Positions 55,538 through 64,000 of a DNA stretch of 64,000 bases are shown piece by piece. Position numbers and translations under genes: made by a program. The DNA is from Octopus vulgaris (lineage: Eukaryota). Each line of letters opens with the position of its first letter. Positions within the stretch are counted from its first letter, which is position 1. Below the pieces are notes generated by a model, which did no database searches, had not been told where the DNA came from, and saw only the letters and a program-made list of their open reading frames with translations. The stretch is taken from contig OX597814.1 in assembly GCA_951406725.2 (NCBI GenBank), forward strand, positions 116,126,001-116,190,000, given 5' to 3'.

Positions 55538-56418
55538 ATGCATGTATGTATGTATATATATACACACATATGTATATGTGTGTATATACATATGTATATG
55601 TATATAACCCCCTCTTTGTATATCTATCTGTATACATTATTTTTTATACTGTTATACCTATTTATATCAGTATATACTTTTTCTTGTATATTTATATTTA
55701 ATTATATCTATGTATTATCATTATCTTATTACCTTGTTTCTGATTAATTACTTTCAATCAGTAAGATAGTATGTGTATCCCTCCAGACACTTCATACGTA
55801 AGTAGTTTGAGTGGTCTTTATAGAGACCACCCAATAATTAATTAATTAAGTATAGATGAGGTATTTAATTGATTCTACATAATAGTAATGTTCCTTTTAA
55901 TGTTTAAAATTGTTCCATATACACCTTTTAGCTAACTTGGTTATGATATCACTTCCTAGAATGTTTTCAAATTTTATTCTATTCTTATACAACATAATAA
56001 TATTGTATATAGGTGCTCTCCCACTGAGTCCCGAATAGTTTCCTGAATCTCATTATAGCGTCCCAAGTTTCATAGTGTATTCCCGTTTATCTGGTAACAG
56101 CATCATGAACTAAAGTCACCCGTACTCCACCTCTTCTATAGACAGTTACTTCTATCTAATTGACTCTTTCTAAAGTTTTGTTTCTGTTCCACCCCACCCA
56201 CACACACATACGGCAGGTATCTATCACTTGTCGCTTACCAGATTCACTCACAAAGCTTTGGTTAGTCCGAGGACGTATTAGAAACATCCATAGTATCACA
56301 CAATGGAGCTGATTCCAGGACGATGTGGTTGGAAGGCAAATTCCTTACCACACAGTAACACAGCGCATGTATGTATATATAACATATACATAAAACACAT
56401 ACACGCATGTATAGCTAG

Positions 56419-56454
<36 letters not shown>

Positions 56455-57464
56455 CTAGCATTATGACCTGTCGTTGCCGGGTCATAGTGCTAGTGCATGT
56501 ATATATGTGTACATATTACATGTACATCTATATATATACATCTACACATAAAATACAAAATACAAAGTTATAATCTTGATATCGCTAGTGATAACTTAAA
56601 ATATATAACAGACTGGAATTGTAGGCCCGTCTCTTGCAATTTCGATCAATTGTATCTTGTCCCCCCTCTTGTATAAGAAGTGTGGCTACAATCCAGCCTA
56701 CCTCTACTTCTGGAGGGACATTTTAAATTTTTATCCGGGACGTCCTACATCCCAGATATAAAGGTAAAAATAAAATATTTCCACTTTGCAAGGTTCGAGT
56801 CGAGTACTCCCTTGCACGCTCCGTTGACTCGAACCTTGTTTCTATTGTGGCGAATTTACCGCCTCTAGTTAGATATCTTTCATAGTCGCACCAAGACACT
56901 TTTCGATGGTGCTTTCCTCCAGGTATTCAAATCTTCTTTTTTCTCTACATTGTATACTTTATAGACAATAGTCTTTTCTTTAATTTAATTTTTTATTATC
57001 CATCTGGACTATTCCATTCCGGCACGCTAATTTTATTTTTAATTTATTCCCATTCATGTGAAGCCACTTATTCAAGTTCAAGTCATTGATGCAATTTTAT
57101 ATCAATTGCTATTTTTACTTTTGTTATGTTACGATTATATTATACTTTAGTTTGATTTTAATTATTACTTACTACATATAATTCAATTGTTATTATTATT
57201 TTTATTGTTAAAGTGAAAGTATCTGACATAAAATAGAGAAATGTTTTTGTTTCACTTTTAACACGTAATACTGAAATAGTGGAGAAGATATGATATTGCT
57301 ATGGGCTCGCTCTAGGCATGAAGTTGAATTTTTTTTTGGCGATGAAACTACATGAACCCTAAGTAAGGCATGTGTAAAATTTGAATGAAATTGGTTGTGT
57401 AGTTCTCAAGTTTTAGGGAAACACACAGACAGACAGACACACATTCTCAGTTATATATATATAG
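56455..57464 (-). mobile_element. Non-autonomous Helitron (~1 kb)
   Basis: Minus strand starts A|TCTATATATAT..(CTGT)n..CAACCAATTTCATTCAAATTT and ends with a ..CCCGGCAACGACAGGTCATAATG hairpin and CTAG|T. Confidence 0.7.
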
Positions 57465-57510
57465 ATATATATATATTCCAACTATATATTGCACGCTCCA
57501 GTTTCATTCT

Positions 57511-57560
57511 GTCTCCTACACTTCGGACCTCCTACACTTCGGTCTCCTACACTTCGGACT
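57511..57560. repeat. CTCCTACACTTCGG x3
   Basis: Directly visible. Confidence 0.8.
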
Positions 57561-57805
57561 TCCATGTGGTATTTCTACACCTTTCCTACATATACAGGGA
57601 TTACACTGGACTCTTCCGTTGATGAGAAATCGCTCATATACACCACGACTATTGAATTTTTTGAATATTTCTGAACATTTTTTGTATTTTCTGCTTTTTC
57701 CTATTGCCGTTGTTTTTCTTTTTCTTACTGGTTTTTCCTACTCTGTTTTCTCTCAATGCGAACCACTAAAACTTTTTTTATTTTCTCTCTCTGTTTATTT
57801 CTGTG

Positions 57806-57846
57806 TTCCTTTCTGTTGAAGAGCGTAGGCTCGAAACATAAAAGAC
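57806..57846 (+). ncRNA. Minimal hammerhead-like variant (CTGTTGA core)
   Basis: CTTT-CTGTTGA-A-GAGC-GTAG-GCTC-GAAAC-ATA-AAAG. Confidence 0.35.
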
Positions 57847-58742
57847 CTTCTCACTTCCCGAGCTAATACATCTGTTGTTTACACACTCGTCTTCGTCTTT
57901 TGTTTTGTTTGATTGTTTGTAAATTATAACTATAAATATATGTTTGTGTGTGTGTGTGCGCGCGTGTGTGTGTGTGTGTGTGTAGGAATGAATGCATAGA
58001 CTATTCCATGTATATAATATTTATAATACAATAATAGTCTTGCTTCTCTCTCCGTCTTTTTCTCTGTTACAGACTATCCTCAAATCAAGATAACTTGAAT
58101 GCAATTTATTTAGAGAAACAAAACAATACATTTTGAATTTATTCAATTTATTCATTGAATTCACTAATGCAGTGCAAAGAAAAATATAGTTTGTGTTTTA
58201 TATTGGCAAAAGTTTGTTTTCTGCGCACTCACACGAAAAAATATAGCAATGAATATTTCACTCTCAGATCAACGATAGTCCCTGTGAATGAAAGAAAAGA
58301 CAAAAACGAATAGACTGGCATAAGATAACAAAAAATAAGCTACAGATTTACTTAGATATTCAATTATTAAAACTTAATTCGGGTGTTATTCTTTTTCGAC
58401 TTATTGAATGTAATTCCTTCTAGCACTAGAAAAAAACTTATGTCTGAGGTAGGTTAACCATTTTACAAACACATTCAGTTAGTAAAATACACAATTCTGT
58501 TGTTCGTAAGTTAAATATATTTTCCACTTGTATATACAACAACATTGTAACTGAAAAAGACGCCATAAAGGCGAATAACAACAATCCACAGAGAGTTATC
58601 GCTTATCACTTTCTTTATGTATGAAGGCGTTTTGTTTGATACTTCACTGAAATGCTACGTTAATGTTGTGGACAAGATTATCATAAAAATCCTTTCGACT
58701 TTCATATTCTGCTACAAATATTGCTAACATACACGCTTATAT

Positions 58743-59305
58743 GTGGAGGCGCGTGGCTTAGTGGTTAGAGTGTCAGCACCATGATCGTAAGATTGTGGTT
58801 TCGATTCCTGGACCGGGCGACGCGTTGTGTTCTTGAGCAAAACACTCCATTTCACGTTGCTCCAGTCCACTCAGCTGGCAAAAATGAGTAACGCTGCGAT
58901 GGACTGGCGTCCCGTCCAGGTGGGGAACACATACGCCATTGAAACTGGGAAACCGGGCCCATGAGCCTGGCTAGGCTTTAAAAGGCGCATTTAAGTGGAG
59001 GCGCAATGGCCCAGTGGTTAGGGCAGCGGACTCGCGGTCGGAGGATCGCGGTTTCGATTTCCAGACCGGGCGTTGTATATGTTTATTGAGCGAAAACACC
59101 TAAAAAGCTCCACGAGGCTCCGGCAGGGGGTGGTGGCGACCTCTGTTGTACTCTTTTGCCACAACTTTCTTTCACTATCTCTTCCTGTTTCTTGAGTAAC
59201 GCTGCGATGGACTGGCGTCCCATCCAGCTGTGGGTGGGGGAACACATACGCCACAGAAACCGGGAAACCGGGCCCATGAGCCTGGCTAGGCTTGAAAAGG
59301 GTGAC
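58743..59305 (+). mobile_element. Two tandem tRNA-SINEs with different heads and a shared V-domain-like tail
   Basis: 58743-58990 and 58995-59305 share GAGTAACGCTGCGATGGACTGGCGTCCC..GGGCCCATGAGCCTGGCTAGGCTT. Confidence 0.8.
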
Positions 59306-59667
59306 GTTTATAGTTTATCGTTACACACTTATATTCACCATTGTGATAGTTTTTATGCAGAAATTCTCTCTGCTAGAAAGAACAACTGATTCTCATTTGA
59401 ATCAGCTAGAAATATACATCATAAAACCTTGACTCGGAAGTTGATCTTGAAGTCATTTAAGTTATTTAAATATTCTTCAATGCATATATTGAGCGTGCAG
59501 AATATGAAATAAAATAGTTTTAAATAAACGATTTTAGTTAAACAACACTGAAATATCATTTATTCAGCTTTTGCCGACTAAATTTCATTTATTTATCCGA
59601 TTAATCCCCTCTCCTACCAATATACCAGAATATAACTTCTAATTTGCTGAAATGTTTTGCGACGGAT

Positions 59668-59931
59668 TCTTTTACCCTTTTACTCTTTTACTTGTTTCAG
59701 TCATTTGACTGCGGCCATGCTGGAGCACCGCATTTAGTCGAGCAAATCGTCCTCCAGGACTTATTCTTTGTAAGCTTAGTACTTATTCTATCGGTCTCAT
59801 TTGTCGAACCGCTTAGTTACGGGGACGTAAACACACCAGCATCGGTTGTCAAGCGATGTTGGGGGGACAAACACAGACACACAAGCATACACACACACAC
59901 ACGCGCGCACACACACACACTCACACACACT

Positions 59932-59963
<32 letters not shown>

Positions 59964-60145
59964 TATATATATATACATATATATAAGACAGGCTTCTTTC
60001 AGTTTCCGTTTACTAAATCCACTCACAAGGCTTTGGTAGGCCCGAGGCTATAGTAGAAGACACTTGCCCAAGGTGCCACGCAATGGGACTGAACTCGGAA
60101 CCATGTGGTCCGTAAGCAAGCTACTTACCACACAGCCACTCCTAT
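59668..60145 (-). mobile_element. SINE family B, full length
   Basis: Reverse complement of the B consensus. Confidence 0.9.
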
Positions 60146-60161
60146 GCCCATGAAAACGATT

Positions 60162-60212
60162 AACGGTCTCAATCGATTTTCGAACCTTATCGGGTTCTCA
60201 TCAGAGGCGTCG
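60162..60212 (-). ncRNA. Minimal type I hammerhead-like motif
   Basis: Minus strand: ACGCCT-CTGATGA-GAACC-CGATAA-GGTTC-GAAA-A-TCGA-TTG-AGAC. Confidence 0.55.
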
Positions 60213-60390
60213 TCATCACTGTTGAATAAATTTCTAACTCTTTTATAGTTTCATTTTATTTAAACTGACTATATTCTTCTTCTTCTTCTTCTTCTTCTTC
60301 TTCTTCTTCTTCTTCTTCTTCTTCTTCTTCTTCTTCTTCTCTTCCTCCTCCTCCTCCTCCTTCTTCTTCTTCTTCTTCTTCTTTTTTCTA

Positions 60391-60455
<65 letters not shown>

Positions 60456-60460
60456 CATCA

Positions 60461-60548
<88 letters not shown>

Positions 60549-60820
60549 CAAAAGTAGTATATTAAAAAACAATTTATGCTGAAAATGTTGCTATCGTGCA
60601 GTCAGCAAAGCTACTGGTTACGAACTATTACTTTTTGTTTGTAATGAGCTGTATAAATCATGTGAGATTTTATAATTAGTGAAGCGATTTTCTTTTGCAG
60701 CTGATGTCAGTGTATTTATTTTCATAAAGATATTTTAGTAGTTTCTAATAAAACTGCTATCTAATATATTCATGTGGCAGATCATTTTATGCTGTTGTAT
60801 TCATAACAGTTACCAATATT

Positions 60821-61041
60821 CTTTTCTACTCTAGGCACAAGGCTCGACATTTTTGAGGAGGGGGCCAGTCGATTAGAACGACCCCAGTACGCAACTGGTA
60901 CTTAGTTTATCGAGTCGAAAGACAAAGTCAACCTCGGTGGAATTTGAACCTCGGTGGAATTTGAACTCAGAACGTAGCGGCGGACGAAATACCGCAATGC
61001 ATTTCGCCCGGCATGCTAACGTTTCTGCCAGCTCGCCGCCT
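60821..61041 (-). mobile_element. SINE A with 17 bp TSD
   Basis: TAACAGTTACCAATATT at 60804-60820 and 61042-61058. Confidence 0.85.
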
Positions 61042-61772
61042 TAACAGTTACCAATATTAGACCAGAAATGATAATGGTTGAGTGATGGCCAACATTATTT
61101 GCGCGATTTACATCAAACCTGTTTACCTTGTGAGTTCAATTCCCACCGAGATCAATGTGATTTTTCATAAGATGTTTAAACAGAAAGAAGAGTGCAAGGG
61201 AACAAATGATAGACTGTGTAGCAAAACAATACGTAATACAATTGGAAAAGCATGCAACTCTGTATATTGTGAGGGGAAATGAACTCTCTATATGCCCACT
61301 AAAACATTACGTATAGCATAAAAGCATTGATAAATTAAGGAGTATTTGCTTATTTTGGAGAGCTGAATAAGTTATGCAGATGTTTATTTTTTCAAAAGTA
61401 GTCTACCCAAAATTTTGCATTTGTTAGGCTATTCACGACAAGCTTAGACTAAACAGCTAACTTAAAAAAACAAGAAAAAAAACACAAGCATATATGTTGT
61501 AGGAGTCTATATTTATATATTTGTGTGTGTGAGCGTGTATGTGTGTCTATACGCATGTTTATGTGCCAACAGTATTGCTATTTCCCCTGTCAACTAATCA
61601 TCATCTGGTTTTGCGCCATTGATGACGTGTAAAATAAGAAGTGTCTTCCTTGATATAATGTTAATCGTGAGTGGCAGGAAGAACATTCGCGTGTAAAAGA
61701 AAAATCTTCAATAATACATTCGTGTAACATTTGTTAGCACGAAAAAAAAAGATCAAGGAACGATCGAATATG

Positions 61773-61865
<93 letters not shown>

Positions 61866-61982
61866 AATGTTATCTCAGGAGGAGTATTGCAGTTAATTTG
61901 GCTTTCCGAGATCTACTTGCATTAAGGGTACACCGGGTACATCCATCATGCAGATTGCTATTTTAAACCAATACTGCTTCTG

Positions 61983-62385
61983 TTACTCTTTTACTCTTTT
62001 ACTTGTTTCTGTCATTTGACTGTGGCCATGCTGGAGCACCGCCTTTAGTGGAGCAAATCGACCCCAGGACTTATTCTTTGTAAGCCTAGTACTTATTCTA
62101 TCGGTCTCTTTTGCCGAACCGCTAAGTTACGGGGACGTAAACACACCAGCATCGGTTGTCGAGCCTTGTTGGGGGTGTGTGTGGACAAACACAGACACAC
62201 AAACATATATACACACACATACATATATACGACGGGCTTCTTTCAGTTTCCGTCTACCAAATCCACTCACAAGACTTTGGTCGGCCCGAGGCCATAGTAG
62301 AAGACACTTGCCCAAGTTGCCACGCAGTGGGACTGAACCCGGAACCATGTGGTTGGTAAGCAAGCTACTTACCACACAGCCGCTT
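61983..62385 (-). mobile_element. SINE family B, full length
   Basis: Reverse complement of the B consensus. Confidence 0.9.
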
Positions 62386-64000
62386 CTGTGCCTAATATCT
62401 GCCAGATCGCTAGTTGCAGCATCATTGAAGTTTAATTCACTGTTTTCTGCTATCACCAGCGACAGGACTTTGTATTAGCATGTTTTGGGCCGTGGATGCT
62501 TGCCACTGCTGAAGCCCCAAGGGGCAGAAATACACATATAGCAACATCACAACAGATGCTGGAAGAATTATATCATCTGTGACTAATATAATTTTGTTAT
62601 TTAATGCTGCACGTCCATGAGAGATATTAACCCAGGACGAATGACACATTTAATTTTGCTTAGATAATTTTGCTGAGATATCTGCATTGACTATGATATA
62701 CAAATCATTATTTTAAACTAAAACTGCTCCTGCTGCGCATAATACACATATACATAATTACACACACACACACACGCGCACACGCACACACGCACACATA
62801 CACACACACACAAAGACATGCATGCATATATAAAACACAGTTAATTCTATTCCATCTGTAACATATACCGGAAATAAATCGTGATACACAAGGGAAATAA
62901 ATCGTGTCGAACTCCGACAGCTGAGTAAAAGTTTAAGATTTTATAGTTTGTCTTACTGAATTCCAAATGCAACTGTCTCGATAGAGTTAGAAATGAAAAA
63001 AAAAATATATACTCCAGCCAACTATGAAGCTGTGGTTTACAAGTCCCCAACGACACCAGACAGGATTTTAACATTAATCAAGTGAAATACCTCTATAAGC
63101 ACAAACGTATATTTCACTATCTCTAGCATCAGCAGAATATTTCAGCTGGTGGAACATGAAATTTGCATAGGAAAAAAAAAATCTTTTCACTTGCAGAAAA
63201 TAACAATGCAGCTGCCATCTGGAAGATAGAAATGTATAGTGAAATATATAGTCACACGGAAATATAAATCCCGCAACATTGACGTTGTTATTTAAAACGA
63301 AAGCAAAAAAAGGGGGAAAAAATGATGAACGCGTCAGAATAAAATATAGAAAGCAGAAAATAAATATTCCATGTAGAAGACATGGAAATAACGATAGAAA
63401 TGTATTGACATGATGTCAGTACTGTACTTGTCACTGAAGGATCTTTGGTGCAGTAAACCATGAAATTAAGGAGCTAAACAAAAACCGATCTGGAATATTT
63501 TAAGAATGAGCAAGGAACGTTCATGATTATTCTACCTATAAGAATTAGTAAATGAAGTCTTATCGAACCACACTATAGAATTGGTCGTGAATTCCCACTC
63601 TTTCTCGCTATTTGACTTGTTATTTCTATTCTTGAATTTTCACACCATTTCAGTGATTTTGATATTTCTACCTTTGACCAACATCTCGCTATGCATCTAA
63701 TAATTTTTGAAATACACATCACAGCAGTGATGGTGTGTTTTGCATTTAACAAAATTCTGTCCCCTTCCCTTCCTGATAAATAGATTCTGTTTCAGGGTAG
63801 TGTGCCTTAATAAGCTGTGAGCGATTTACTAGTTCTTCAGTCGAGTGCCTATAGAAAGATGTGCATATCTCATCACTAGCAAAGCTCACATATTAATTGT
63901 TCTGGTGATATTACCTATAGTTAGTTTTGTTTCAGGCACCTTCCTAACTCGTCTGTTGTACTCTTTGGATACTTTCTCTCTCATTTCCTTTACCATTGCC

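Noticed and set aside
58743-58815. tRNA genes at SINE heads
   Set aside because: A/B boxes are present but there is no proper acceptor stem, and each continues into a SINE body.

Overview
This is AT-rich, repeat-saturated eukaryotic DNA. The SINE families and microsatellite load suggest an octopus or other coleoid cephalopod (inference). No intact host gene is supported, and most ORFs in the track are microsatellite artefacts. Contents: several tRNA-headed SINE families; decayed RTE and R4/Dong-type (RLE) LINEs; a mariner remnant and MITE; non-autonomous Helitrons; a 28S rRNA fragment fused to a SINE and inserted into a LINE; a ~6 kb duplication across a 100-N gap; and a ~1.9 kb foldback. A 5'-truncated Penelope-like element (RT + GIY-YIG) carries an inverted copy of its 3' end. 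The strongest signal is a set of about 10 type I hammerhead-ribozyme-like motifs with canonical and variant cores. They occur in Penelope termini, in orphan repeats and in a tRNA-headed SINE-like element. All structures were read by eye and coordinates are approximate unless motifs are quoted.
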